DNA of 59,258 nucleotides, the filler included, from Sluysia triapertura (Eukaryota): NCBI GenBank assembly GCA_046118255.1. It is 4 parts of 4 records of this genome, joined end to end, with 100 filler letters (N's around TTAATTAATTAA, not from the genome) between each part and the next. Parts side by side here need not be neighbours in the genome. Positions count along the whole stretch, not along the records: positions 20,344 to 33,734 come from JBJNIA010042687.1; positions 33,835 to 45,402 come from JBJNIA010183313.1; 2 more parts are not named here. One strand, written 5' to 3'. Each line of letters begins with the position of its first letter. Within the stretch, counting starts at the first letter, position 1. The notes under the pieces are model-generated. The model did not search any database. It saw only the letters and a list, made by a program, of their open reading frames with translations, and had not been told where the DNA came from. The position numbers were made by a program, and so were the translations under genes. Shown here piece after piece: positions 24,925 to 37,727 of this stretch.

Positions 24925-25280
24925 CAGGATGAGTCATAAGTAACCGGGCAGTCAAAACGACACAAGATATTATTACATATTATGTAGATAATCTAACGGA
25001 ATAAATGCTCAAAATGTTTGCCTTCTTCTTCAGTGCATTTTGCAGTGCTTCGAACGACATAATAGCAAACTCTTCGACATATGTTTTCACTAATTCCTGT
25101 TCAAGAATTCATTATCATTTCGTTCTCGGCTTTTTGGCAAACACGGAATTTTTTAACACACCCCAAAGAAAAAAATCAGGAAGAGTATTCACATGCATTC
25201 AGATGTGTTGACATGATCTAAATCAAGAAATCAACCAACTGATCGGTGTAAACGTATTTTTGTACACTTAGATCACGGTT
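24925..25280 (-). mobile_element. Deleted Tc1/mariner element (GxHFEHL C-terminus)
   Basis: caggatgagtcataagtaaccg end; minus-strand DFFLWGV and EEEGKHFEHLF remnants. Confidence 0.72.
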
Positions 25281-26115
25281 ACTATTATTATTATTGTTTT
25301 AGAAAAATGTCCAATGATGATAATTTACCGTCCGCTAAATTCAAAATAATCTAAAATAGGTTTATAAATGTGTTAATAAATGAAAAATACGTTAATCGCA
25401 CTTTTGATTCAAATATAAGTAACTTAGTCAAAATACGTAAACGTACATATATATTTTAATAATCGCATGACATGATAAATAATATATCATATTTTTTAAA
25501 AAATCAATAATAATAATAATAATAATAATCTCGTAGAAACTAATTGTACGATACCAGCAGATCCAGACAAGACAGCAGCAGAAACAGCAGCACTGAGAAG
25601 CCACTTAAGAGTTAGTTGATGATGAGTTGCTTGGTAAGCGTGAGATACATTGAGCAAATTCAATATTGCGTTTCTGTTAGTACTGTTTAAATAATCGTCA
25701 CCAAATTGAGATACTAAAGAATAAACTGTATTATTTAGAATTCGGAAATAATACTATAAAGGTAGGATTGAACGTAGTGAATCAAAAATTTTTATTCTTT
25801 GGATATTAAAACAACAGAATGAAATATTCAAATAACATCAAGTTCACTAAGTCATTCATGTTTCATTGTTTTGTTGCACAAATTGCACCTGCTTTTAAAT
25901 CAATTAACTCATAACTGGCCGCTAAAAATTCTTAATCGACTGTTTGATGGCAACACAAAGCTATTCTGTGAAAAAAACGCGGTTACTGAATTTCGAATAA
26001 AAAATGACCTGTTACTACGTCAACAGCCAGTAATTAATTAATACAATGCATGGATGTAAGTTATTCTTTATGGATCAACAGTCAAATCTTTAATTTTCAT
26101 TCGATGTTATAACTA

Positions 26116-26646
26116 CAGTGGTGGCCAAATTATAAGACTAAAACAGGAAAAATATGCTTCTCGATGATCATGGTGCTACCCAGGCCTTGAAACTCTCCAA
26201 ACACGAATCCCATAGAAAATATCTGGGAGATTGTCAAAAGGAGAGTTTTTACCCATAAACCAACCCTGATAAAAGTATGGCATATCATGATGACGAGATC
26301 AAAGACTTGTGCACCAAGCTCATCCGTGGCATGCCTTTAAGAACCAGGAAATTATTGGATAACAAAGGAGAGCAAACAAAGTAGTGATACAACAGTTTGT
26401 ACATATTTGATTTGTAGTAAATTGTGTTATCCACTCAACATGAATAAAATTTCTGTATGTTTTGAATCTCAGTATTTTTATCTATTATTTTACTTTCACC
26501 AGAATTTTTTTTGGGGAAAGTAGTTATTTTCTAACATTTTACATGTTCCGTGACTACTGTCGATAAATGACAAGTATTTATATAATTGAAAAATGTTGAA
26601 TTTTATCATAAAAAAGATCTTTAGTCTAATAATTTTGCTACCACTA
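26116..26646 (+). mobile_element. Internally deleted Tc1 element with both TIRs
   Basis: ta|cagtggtggccaaattataagactaaa ... tttagtctaataattttgctaccact; NSP..NPIENIWEIVKRR. Confidence 0.9.
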
Positions 26647-27190
26647 GAAAATTCTACTATTTTTTAATTCCAGTTATTTTTGTTCAATAACTTTTTGCAA
26701 CTGTTTACAAAGTATGTCAATCCATTTCTAAAATATCTAGTATGAATAACAAGATTATTTTAAGTACGATTATTATTATTATGATGCGATCTCAACAAGT
26801 CTGTAGTGCATACTTGTTTAAGAAAAAAGAGAACGTCATAGCATAAAAAAGGAGAGCAAAACTTACTTCATCTTTGGTAAGACTGATAGATTCATTCGTT
26901 TTTCTATTTTCAAATAATTCTGAAAAATAGAAAATTAAATGCATTATTAAATTAAATACAAATGTAAATTCTATACAAACTAGATAGACATGCTCGCATT
27001 AAATCGACTTTGACTACTCATTGACTATTTATTAACAAATTCAATACTTTCATTTTAACATTCTACCAAGCAGGTCATTACAAAACAATCAACCAATCAG
27101 ATTCCCTCACATTTATGTCAATGCTAAACCACTTTATTACAACCAATCAGACTTTTTTAATTTTTAAATACATATTTGATTGCACTTTTT

Positions 27191-27546
27191 TCCGCTAGAA
27201 AAGCGGAAATTTTGAGGGTTAGATGAGATCATGAATAATATAGTAAAATGCATGTTTTAGGTTCTATTTGATACCACATCATGGAAGGAGACAGAAAACA
27301 GCTTTCAGACTTTCAAAGGCAAGTGATTATTCTTTTCAAAAGTGAAAATCCGACTTGGGAACTGTCAAAAATTCTAGTTGTGTGTTACCAGCTTTTTTTC
27401 AACAATTACAAGGCATCAGTTTAATAATGTTGTAATAATAAGTTTAATAAGATTTTGAGCATCTACGAGTATAATATAACATAAGATTTTAAAAAACTTT
27501 GTAAAAATAAATAGAGCTGTGACACATTTTCCGCTTTTCTGGCGGA
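27191..27546. mobile_element. MITE with TIRs tccgctagaaaagcggaaa / tttccgcttttctggcgga
   Basis: TIRs are visible; inverted homolog of 5391-5711. Confidence 0.8.
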
Positions 27547-27779
27547 TAAAATATGAGGTTAGAATTATAATTTACAAAATTGTGGTTTACTACTGGCGAA
27601 TAATATCGAGCGCAAGTCAATTATCATATAATGAGATTGTTGATCATGGAAATTGATAAAGAAAAAGTAGTATAAATTAGTGAAAGGAAAACTCTATTTG
27701 TTTGGAATATATCCGAGGAAATGCGAAAGCGTAAATTCATGGAGAGGATTTTCGAATAATTACTATTAATATTTGTTAC

Positions 27780-28214
27780 CCTAGCCTGGAAACCCTCCAG
27801 ACATGAATCCCAGTAGAATTTCTACCCATAAACTAACTACCATGACAGAACTTATTGAAAAGTATGGCACCACAATGAGATCAAAGCTCATCCGTGACAT
27901 ATCTTTAAGGATCAGGAAATTATTGGTTAACAAAGGAGGGCAAACAAAGTACTGATACAAAGTACAATTTGTACATATTTGATTTGTAGAAAATTGTATT
28001 ATCACATTCTGAATGAATAAAATGTCTGTATGATTTGGATTTCAGTATTTTTATCTATTATTTTACTTTCAGCAGAATTTTTTTGGAGAAAATAGTTATT
28101 TTCCAACATTTTACATGTTTCGTGACAATATTTTTATATACTTTTGATTAATAGTTTCATAGTATCCTTGAAAAATGTTATCTCAAAAAAGGTCTTTAGT
28201 CTAATAATTTGGTC
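27780..28214 (+). mobile_element. Tc1 element right part (same family as 26116-26646)
   Basis: PGNPPDMNP remnant; right TIR tttagtctaataatttgg. Confidence 0.85.
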
Positions 28215-28544
28215 TAATATTAAACATATATAATATATATAGCAAAAGATTTACTATCCAATATCATGAATATTTGCTGCACGATCAAATCGAACATCAA
28301 GCTGAAGAATCACTAGCTGACGATGTTTTAGAAGTAAACGATGAAAAATTGAATTGATTAGATTTTGTCTAAAAAAGATTTAATTGACTAGTTTTGTATT
28401 AAAATAATTACACTTGTATGATTATAAGTAAGAATTATTAAATTTTTGATGTTTCAAATATTGTTATATGAACAATACAAATTCTACAAATACAAAATCA
28501 ATTTAGACAAAGTAAATTAGTAATGCGTTAATGATTTTACTAAC

Positions 28545-29002
28545 CGATATGCTTACTAATAATAGCCAAAATGTGTACATATCCCGACACAGATACATAT
28601 CCTGCTCCATTACTGAATCTTCTCACCAACTGAATCAATGCTTGTTCTGGAATCGAATAGTTCTGTCCCGATGCTGCACGACCTGTTAAACCAAGAGCAT
28701 CAATAGCGACTCGCAAGGCCATAGGACCGAGTGAATCTGCTCGTTGAACATACTTCAGAGCTCGTAATAACCAGCTCCACAAAGGCGCTATATGTTCCTC
28801 TTTAATTCGCAAAGTAGATGATGAAGAAAATAAAACAATAAGTGCTCGACAACAATCGAGACTAAGTTCGTGATCAATACTTCGTTCTCTAAGTAAACTA
28901 TTTAGTAGACGTTGAAGCTGATTAGGGGATAATGAATTATTCAAAGTCATTTGGTCGCCATTGTTTCGATAAATCTGACGAATATTCGAATCTAATTGGT
29001 CA
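28545..29002 (-). CDS. Large open exon of the HEAT-repeat locus (152 codons)
   Basis: ctag| DQLDSNIRQIY...AIISKHI |gttagt; amphipathic helical pattern. Confidence 0.75.
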
Positions 29003-30177
29003 CTAGAATTTAAATAGTAAACGAATCCCGAATTATTATTATTAAATTTGTTTAACCTTATTCTTCTATGAATTATCTCAATCGATTTAATTTGCGCAAT
29101 ATCTCTACATCACGAAGAGTAATTCAAACTCGTCTTTGACAGTAAAGATCGAAGTGCTAAATTTAATATTGTAACTTTCTCTAATACAAATAATACCTAT
29201 TCAAAATTGACTAATTTATAAAATAATTGTAATAAATTGACTTATTAAATGCAAAACTCTTTGTTCTGACCCATGAATATTGTTACTCTATTTGAGATGA
29301 TTTCGACCTAGATTTGTTTCTTTATTCAAATAGCGGATATTTAAATAGTTTAAATATTTAAACTCAATAATATCATCTAGATTTGATTCAAACTAGGAAG
29401 ATTGTCATAACGTATATGGTAAAAGATTCTGTGAGTCTATTTTTGATAAAGAAGAGTATGATCAGGACGATGATTTCAGATTTCTGGTCGAAAAAAATGA
29501 AAGCATCAAATAACATCACTAAATAGTATCACTAAATGTCAAAAATTCTTAGCGATACTATTTGACGATATTTATTTAATATATAAAATAAATGCTTATC
29601 CGAATAGCCTACATGATCTAATACAAATTGTATCAACTTTTACACTTGCTTATGTTTTTTATAATAAATATAATATAGTTAATTCTTCCTTACTGATAAC
29701 TAATTTTCTTCTTTAGTCTCAAGTTGCAAGTGTGGCTAAAGCCGACAAAAATAATCCCATTAATAAAAGCGGACCCTAATAAACACAGAATTTACTAGTG
29801 CATTAATGCAGTCTGCCAATCAACAACAAAAATAAAACATTTTATACTTAACAGATAAGAACATTTTTTGTACGAATATTAATGTGTTGAGCAAGGCAGA
29901 ACATTATGTTATGACAAACCGTCAAGAGTTTACCTCAAAACATTTTGAAAATGAGTGATAATTTTAGTTTTTAGACATACAAGTTATGCTTATTTGATCA
30001 AGGGGCAACATCAAATAATTTTAAAAAGTGCGTTTTTGGGCAAGATGAGGAAAAAAAGTGTACGAAAACGTGTTAATAAAGTCGTAATTTTGAGTGTGGT
30101 GCTTTTTTTGTTTTTTGGTTCTTTATAAAATGCTAAAATATTTTTGGAATCTATTTAATTTGTTTTATAAATATGTA

Positions 30178-30376
30178 AACTTTTATATTTTATATTCTTT
30201 TATATTTACAAACTTTCATATTTTATATTCTTTTATATTTACAAACTTTTATATTTTATATTCTTTTATATTTACAAACTTTTTTATTTTATATTCTTTT
30301 ATATTTACAAACTTTTATATTTTATATTCTTTTATATTTAAAAACTTTTATATTTTATATTCTTTTATATTTACAA
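30178..30376. repeat. Minisatellite, 33-bp unit x6
   Basis: aacttttatattttatattcttttatatttaca, head-to-tail with no spacers. Confidence 0.95.
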
Positions 30377-30559
30377 GTGTTATTCATACCAATTATTATC
30401 AGAAATTATCAGATTGAAGAAACCCAAATGCTCATGTGCATTACAATTCTTTTATTGTGCTTCTTCTTATTACTATTCTTTTATTCATTAATTGATCAAA
30501 CATTAAATTATAAATGCAAAAGAAGCACATAACGAATTTGAATTAAAGAAAATTAATGA

Positions 30560-30860
30560 GGATGATTTAATGCAGATTATGTCGAAAATGTCAAAAACAA
30601 GTTCTATCAAACTTATCAAAAATAATTCAATTTTGACTAAAGTTATTCTGATTTTATTGAAAATTATTAATAATTCATTATATAGTCTAAAATTTCCTTC
30701 AAGTGAAAAAATATCCGTTATAATATCTCAGCTGAAACATGGTGGTCCATTGCTTTTAAATAATTACAGACCCGTATCAAATATAACACTCTTATCAAAA
30801 TTGATTGAAAAGCAGTTTTCCAACAATTTAAAAATTATCATTGTGTTTTGTTATCAAGTC
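30560..30860 (+). mobile_element. Non-LTR retrotransposon (CR1/L2/Jockey-type) RT fragment
   Basis: IINNSL..LKFPSSEKISVI...K......NNYRPVSNITLLSKLIEK, the RT domain 0-1 motif. Confidence 0.85.
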
Positions 30861-31698
30861 TAGATTAACTCTCTTGCAGTACAATAAATTTCATAGTTTC
30901 AACATATTTAACATACGCGAAAACATCATAAGTTATAAGTTTATTTTTATAAACATTTAAATATTCAAATAAGTTAGATCGTTTTAGATCAAATATAAAA
31001 TGCTAAATAATTTACTCTCTATCTACCGAACTTAAATCAGCTGAGAATTTTTTTTCTTTATTGACTTCCAAAAAACTTACATCCTCATTTTTTCGCTTAC
31101 ACTTATGAGCGGGTCTTTAATTGTGTAAGCCCAAAATAGCAGGGGACTCATAATATAATCTTTAAAAGTAAAAGTCAAAACTAAATGTCAAAAGTAAATT
31201 TCGCAATATGTTATTCTCTCATGTACACACAAGTTGCACTAAATTATTAATTTAAGCAATTTTTAATTAATTAATAAATGTACTTTTATACTTTCAAAGT
31301 GTTGATTTTAAAATTTAATGAATTTAACATTTAAATATTTGTTTAAACTCTTATTTTCATTTATAAAAGTTTCAGATTTTAAATTTATAATAATTTTAGA
31401 ATTTAAATTAATAAATAAAATATGATAAATAAAGTAAATAAAAGCTTTAGAATTTAAAATTAATAAATAAAATATAAAAGTTTTAGAATCCATAAAATTT
31501 AGAATTTAATAATTAAAGTTAAATTTTAAAAATTTATATTTTTGTTTTACTGAAATAAAATTTATATTTGTTTTGTTTCTCAAATCCAACGTGGCTACCT
31601 AAATTTCATTATAAATATTGAAATTTTGGAGAAGCAAACGCACAACAAAAACCAATAATGTCGCAACAGTGTATTTTCCATGAATACAAGTTTGTTAT

Positions 31699-32640
31699 TG
31701 TAGTGTACTCATCTACACATCACAATCACAAACACAATTCATAACAAATCAGCACTTCATACATAAATAAAATGCTAAACAAGTTACTTGATACACTCAA
31801 AACATAAACATCGTCATAATCTATAATTGCCGTAAATTTACAGTTATTGTTATCATAATTCCTATCATAACAATAATTTCCATTTTTAGTTAGAAATTAA
31901 AATGGCAAAATAATGCTTATAAACTGGCAGAAGTAGAGAGACAATATAAGCAAGCAGAATTAGATAAATATATAAATGCAGAAGCAACATATCATTACAA
32001 TAATTCACTATCAAGATATAAAACTCGCGTCGGGTGGTGGATTTAATAAAGCCGAGGAAATTGAAAATGATACATCGAAAAATGCTAACTATGAATTGAT
32101 TCTTTATAAAAGAGGACGTCCTCTAAACTTATACTCGGAATTACAATGTTCGGAAATGTCTCAGATGGCTGAAGACATGAAAAATCAGAAGACGAAAAAC
32201 TAGGGCTACTTAAACAGATTAATGAACTAAAGAAACAACTAGAAGCAAGTCAGTGAAATAATCAACAAAATCAAGATAAGCTCGAAGAATTACGAAGTCA
32301 ACTGAATGCTCAAACGATAATGGACAGTTTGATAAATGTAAATGGAGGATCTATTGGTATTGTAGTAGCTCCACAAAAAGGAAATCTTGATTCAGGAGTT
32401 ATGAATGAATCTGCATACAATAACATTGGGACTATTTCAATGTGAATCAACAGCCTTTATAATTGATTCAAGAATCGAATTAGTCTCAAGCAGATGTCTA
32501 ATATTCAATTGGAATTAAAGAGATCATAAACGTGAAAATATTGATCGCAAATTCCTTACAGAAGAAGGGTTAAAAGAAATTATTCGCCTATAAGAATTAG
32601 ACGAAATTAATTTACCATTACCAATTAAATACAACAAATA
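31699..32640 (+). mobile_element. Decayed LTR-like end (TGTAGTG plus C/A-rich tract) followed by a disrupted coiled-coil (gag-like?) ORF
   Basis: Intronless frame with stops and a frameshift: ...KQINELKKQLEASQ*NNQQNQDKLEELRSQLNAQ... Confidence 0.4.
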
Positions 32641-33660
32641 ATAATTTTTATAATTTATCTAAAGATGTTTTTATTATATAGGGAATTTATTTCTAAGGAC
32701 CTTTTAAATAATGTCTATATTAATTAAATAATTTTTATTTAAGAATTATTTTGATTCGAAATGTCAAATTCAAATTGCCGTTTTAAAAATATAGTTAAAA
32801 GGAATAATTTAAAAATGATCCAGCCAAACATGGATTAAACTTGTTAGATGAAATTGCTGGTTTGAAAAATGAAATTAATGAAAAAGATAACAAATTTGAA
32901 AGATTGGAATCTGAAAATATAAAAATAAAAACTTATCAATTATAAAACTAGACATAAAAAATCAACTTAAATATGAAATGTAATGGTATTTATTATCTTT
33001 TCATATACCATTTATATCTATAAATTTCTAATCTACCCAATTTCTTAATTTGGTTATTTTTAAATCTTATATTACAAAACGTTATTAATGTTGTTTTGTC
33101 AACATTTATTACATTCAATATTAATTTTCCTACAATTTTGTTAGTTTTAATAATTTCAAGTCATAAATCTTGGAATTTTTTAATACCAATTATTGATTTA
33201 AATATAATGAATAACTTATTAAAAGACCATACAAACTCTGTTTTATGTTCAACAAAAATACAAAAAACTGACTTCACTTTAACGTTTGCGATTTTTTTCG
33301 TATTCATTTTGCTATATAATATAAAACTGATTGTTTATTTGGTTAATTTAGTATTATTAAAATTATTAGAAGGCCGCAAGGCTAATGTTATAATTAAATT
33401 GGTCTTGTTAATTATTGTTAATTTAAAGTTAAGGTTACAGGTTTAAATTACATAAAATTCTTCCATTTTAAAGTTTTGAGTTTACGCCCTCACTAAAGTT
33501 ATATTAGGCGTAATGTCCTTATTTTAAATTAGAAGGACCTAAAATCTACTCAAAATACTTGGATTTCTTCGCTACACCTTACAGGCTAGCTTAGCATAAA
33601 TTCTAATTTACTTAAATATCAGAATAATTCTGAATATTTTAATTTCATTATCGTTATTAT

Positions 33661-33734
33661 TGTTGGGGTAAAAGGCCTAAAAAGTGCCAAGTAGTATAAT
33701 TGAATATATTAAAAATGAAATTGTTAGACGGGGC
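33661..33734 (+). mobile_element. 5' part of the tRNA-containing repeat, cut by the contig end
   Basis: tgttggggtaaaaggcctaaaaagtgcca...tagtataattg...ttgttagacggggc. Confidence 0.75.
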
Positions 33735-33834
33735 NNNNNNNNNNNNNNNNNNNNNNNNNNNNNNNNNNNNNNNNNNNNTTAATTAATTAANNNNNNNNNN
33801 NNNNNNNNNNNNNNNNNNNNNNNNNNNNNNNNNN
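33735..33834. other. Artificial contig linker
   Basis: N44-TTAATTAATTAA-N44. Confidence 0.97.
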
Positions 33835-33883
33835 TAAATTCATACTATCATTAAATAAAAACAAATATATATTAAAGACTAAC

Positions 33884-34024
33884 AGAAAATAATGGTCCAA
33901 CATCCACATCAAATCCCAAATCTGAAAATCCTGTAGCAATAACTTTACCACCACGATCATGACCATCTTGACCTAATTTCGCAATCAAAATTCGAGGTCG
34001 ACGTCCATCCATCTTAGAAAAATC
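33884..34024 (-). CDS. MMUT: Methylmalonyl-CoA mutase exon (B12-binding DxHxxG motif)
   Basis: [47 protein letters not shown]|gttagt. Confidence 0.97.
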
Positions 34025-34079
34025 CTGGTACAAAAATTATCAATTAATTAAACGTATATTCTTTAATTTATAATCTTAC

Positions 34080-34307
34080 ATCAACTTTCTTGATGACTTC
34101 TTGCATTTCTTTATCTAATCCAAATTCTGATTTATATGCACCACTGACTAAACGATCTACTGATACATGTCTACCATACACTTCAGTCATAGCATCAGTT
34201 ATTTCTCCTACAGTGGCACGATTACGAGAAGCTTCAATTGCCAGTTCTAACAAGTTGCCATTTCCACTGCGACACGCATCTGTAATCTTTCTTAAACTAG
34301 CTTGAGT
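34080..34307 (-). CDS. MMUT: Methylmalonyl-CoA mutase exon
   Basis: TQASLRKITDACRSGNGNLLELAIEASRNRATVGEITDAMTEVYGRHVSVDRLVSGAYKSEFG...|gtaaga. Confidence 0.97.
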
Positions 34308-34481
34308 CTATCACAAAATTGTATGTAATTTGTTATTTAGCAATAAAGATCCTGATTAATAATCATAAAAGAATTATATATCAACATAAAATAAGATGTA
34401 ATATTAATCCTTTCAACTCTAGAAATAATTTTCGGTAATTATTTAAAATGGTTGTTCAAATCAGACATCAATTACATTATA

Positions 34482-35981
34482 CTGCATCTGTTCGAACATT
34501 GGGTGTACATTTGGATTTTTGTACTTATCCGAATCCAAATTTAACGATTTTATTAAAAAACAAATTCTTCAGTTATACAAACTATAAAAGCAAGAGTATG
34601 AATAAGATAAATGCAACAAAATAAACAAGAATATTTCAATTTAACAATGATGACACTGAATCAACAGTTTCTATGGAACATCGTAAAGTTAATGTGGTGA
34701 ATCTTATAGGAATTCCTTCTTTTGCTAACATGTTTGCTTCTAGACAAGATTGAAATGTCATAAATTTATTGTCGAGTGTTTCTATATTTAATTCAGTAAA
34801 TGTATACTGCACACATTCAATTAATTCATCAATTGTACTCGGTGACGCTGTATGTTGTAACGATTGAAGTGAATTGAAAAAACCAAGATCCAATACATTG
34901 AAATCTGGACTATTGGGAGGTTGCAATTTAGGCTGGTTTGACAACCATATGTTGACCCTTCTCTTAAAACTTCACAAAAAGAGTGAGCTTTTGCATTATC
35001 ATCTGCATGTAAATTGTTTTGTGCTTCTCACTTCTTGGAAATTACTTTTGTCATGATTATTTTCTTGCATTTTTTTGCCGTAACTGACTCAATACTTTGT
35101 TCTATTTTTTGAATTTCTTTTGGCCGGCTCTTGACAGACAAAAGGCCATCTACCAAATTTTCCATCGAAACTTCGATTTTTGTGTGAATCATAGCGTGGC
35201 CTAGCTACAGTTGCCATGAATTTTACTTTCGTAATGAAACGTTTACTTTTACAACTTCTATGGGATTCTTCTTCATCCAACATAAGGTAATATGAACGTT
35301 TGGTTTGTGTTAAATAGAACCATTTTAGTCAATATGAACATATTTTCAAAATAGCCATCTGGCTTAACATGAATCAAGCAAAACGTTAATCTCATCAACT
35401 TATTTTATTCCGTTAAATATGGCCTAATAGCCGAAGATATACGTTTAAAACAAGTACTACGATTAAAAGTATCAAAAATTGTTGACTTTGGGATGTCAAA
35501 GTCAAATCTTCCGAATAATTTTTAGGTTTTCTTCCGCATTTTTCTTTTTTTGATGAAACATCCGCAAAAATTTGGCCGTCACTAAATTGTTTTTTTAGCT
35601 ATGTTCCAAATTCCGGAAACAGTTAATCTACTAACCTCGAAGTCAGCGGCAACAATGTTTATTGCACCATATTGCAATTTATTTCCTTTTTTGTATTGCA
35701 ATAACCATTAGTTGTGATTATTTTGATCTTTCTGATCACAATTTTCATTATGGTTTGCCATGTTGTACCCAAAGTGGATGAAATTTAAATTTAATTAAAA
35801 TGGTCATTTGTTTTTATTTTATTAATTTTGAAATTTGTTAATTATTGCAGCTCCATCTATTTGATTATTTTCTAACTAACACTTATTTGTATTTAAAATG
35901 AAAAAAAGGCTTAAATATTAACTACTTTCAATAATCCCGTATTTTTTTAGAAATGTATACCACATTTTCGGACAAAAGTAG
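34482..35981 (-). mobile_element. DD39D (plant-type) mariner transposon, near full length, decayed, in an MMUT intron
   Basis: HID.KWFY, HRSCKSKRFITKV.F...VARPR, FDGKFGRWPF, PAKRNSKNR, QPPNSPDFNVLDLGFFNSLQSLQ. Degenerate TIRs ctgcatctgttcgaacattgggtgtacattt / reverse complement ctacttttgtccgaaaatgtggtatacattt, each flanked by TA. Confidence 0.9.
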
Positions 35982-36127
35982 TAATAAATAACAAATTTCA
36001 TTTCATTTCATTTCTCAATATACTTAAGTTCTTACATTTTATTTGTAGTCAAGCCAAAACTAGACTAGAGTAAATTGATATAAATCATATGATAAATAGA
36101 TGTGTAAAAAATATAATTTTGACTAAC

Positions 36128-36264
36128 CTTTGAATTAACTCTTGTTCTCTTTAATTCATTTATTTTTGCAATTTGTGATTCTCTTACTTTCGTATTGTCA
36201 ATATGGAGAACATCGACACGTTGTTCTTTTTCCAAACGATACTTATTTACTCCGACAATTACCT
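36128..36264 (-). CDS. MMUT: Methylmalonyl-CoA mutase exon
   Basis: [46 protein letters not shown]|gttagt. Confidence 0.95.
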
Positions 36265-36315
36265 CTATAAAATTAACGTATATAGTGTTGAAATTAAAGA
36301 TAATGATAATATAAA

Positions 36316-36364
<49 letters not shown>

Positions 36365-37671
36365 TAACATTATATTGATTCATTTTTCAAATTCTCAAAT
36401 TTTCGAGTTTGAAATAAATGAATAATTTTCAAGTTTAAAAACTATTTAATTCAAATTCATTTAAAATAAAAATTGTTTAATTCATTTTAAATAAAATTAT
36501 TTTAAAAAGAAAAATTAAAATTATTAAAGCATTATTAAAGATTATAATGCTTTAAATCAATTTAAAATGAGATTTAATAGAGTTAATATAAATTCGAAAT
36601 TGAATAACAAATAGTAACCAGTTTTTGATTGAATTTAAACAAATAATCATCTTAAGATGAGATTCTCTAAAGAAAATGTAAAATCAAACTTTTAGAACAC
36701 AAAATCCAAGTAAAACTATTCTAATACGAAAGTGAAAATTTATATTAAATTGAAATTGAATAAAACCAGTATGTAATGAAAAAATTAACATTCTCGATCA
36801 AAATCATCGTAAATTAAAGATCTGGTAGAACAGAGAGAATAGTGTGATATCAAATTTAAAAGCATTTTAATCAAGAAAAATCATCATAGTCAAATAAGAA
36901 TGAATATAAATTATAATTTAATTCAGACAAAAGTCAATTATTATTATACAATATTTGATTAATACTACTATTGAATTCCTGTAATTAATTATTATAATTA
37001 ATTAATTATAATAATAATAATTATTATTATTATTACTTACTTACTTACTTACTTACAGTTATTAGAATACTATTATATTATTAAATTTGTGTTTTTATCC
37101 ATAATTGATCGTTAGAAAAGAGAGCCCCACAGAGAAAATAAACTAAAATAATATTAATCAAAGTTGAATCGGAGTGTCCTCACTAAATAAAGAAAAATTC
37201 GATTTTAAAAAATAAAATAAAGGCTTACTTTCCCGCACACGAGTAAACAAGTACACGATCTCATGCTTCTATATAATAAGTTTGACATATAAGCATTACT
37301 TTTAAAGTGAAATAATAGAGTCTATACGTCATAAAGTAAAATAATTACTAGGAAAACTTAAGTTGCTAATGACAAATAATTTATTTAAGTGAAGATATTT
37401 ACACTATTATCGAAGACTAAAGGTGCATATTAGTCAACGTTAAGATTCAGTATAAAGTAATTCAAAAACATTGAAGAATAATAACATTTTATAAAGAGCT
37501 TGAAACTTTACTGTTATAAAAGATAACAGTTAAAATTAGAATAAAGTGATCATATTGATAAAGAGATTTAGACATTAAGAATCCATAAAGGAACTTACAT
37601 TGAACTTACATTCGACTTTGAAAGAACCATTTTTAATTACTTTAAACACAACTTATTTAACTTTCACAATG

Positions 37672-37727
<56 letters not shown>

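Larger units (their letters stand above)
24609..29156 (-). pseudogene. HEAT-repeat gene, HEATR6-like N-terminal half, apparently disrupted; exons about 29057-29156, 28545-29002, 28255-28368, 26867-26919, 25555-25713, 25329-25350, 24609-24717
   Basis: GT-AG bounded exons. ISDQLDS..IY, LSPNQLQRLL, LRIKEEHIAPLWSWLLRAL and AIDALG resemble the recalled HEATR6 N-terminus. There is an in-frame TGA at 29110-29112, phase clashes between exons, and stops in the 24609 exon. Confidence 0.55.

Noticed and set aside
29110-29112. In-frame TGA as selenocysteine
   Set aside because: The locus has other lesions, the protein is not a redox family, and there is no SECIS evidence.
30178-30376. 33-bp repeat array as CRISPR or a repetitive protein
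   Set aside because: No spacers, no cas genes and a eukaryotic context; it is a minisatellite.
33884-36264. MMUT as bacterial contamination or horizontal transfer
   Set aside because: It has spliceosomal introns and a sequence co-linear with animal MMUT.
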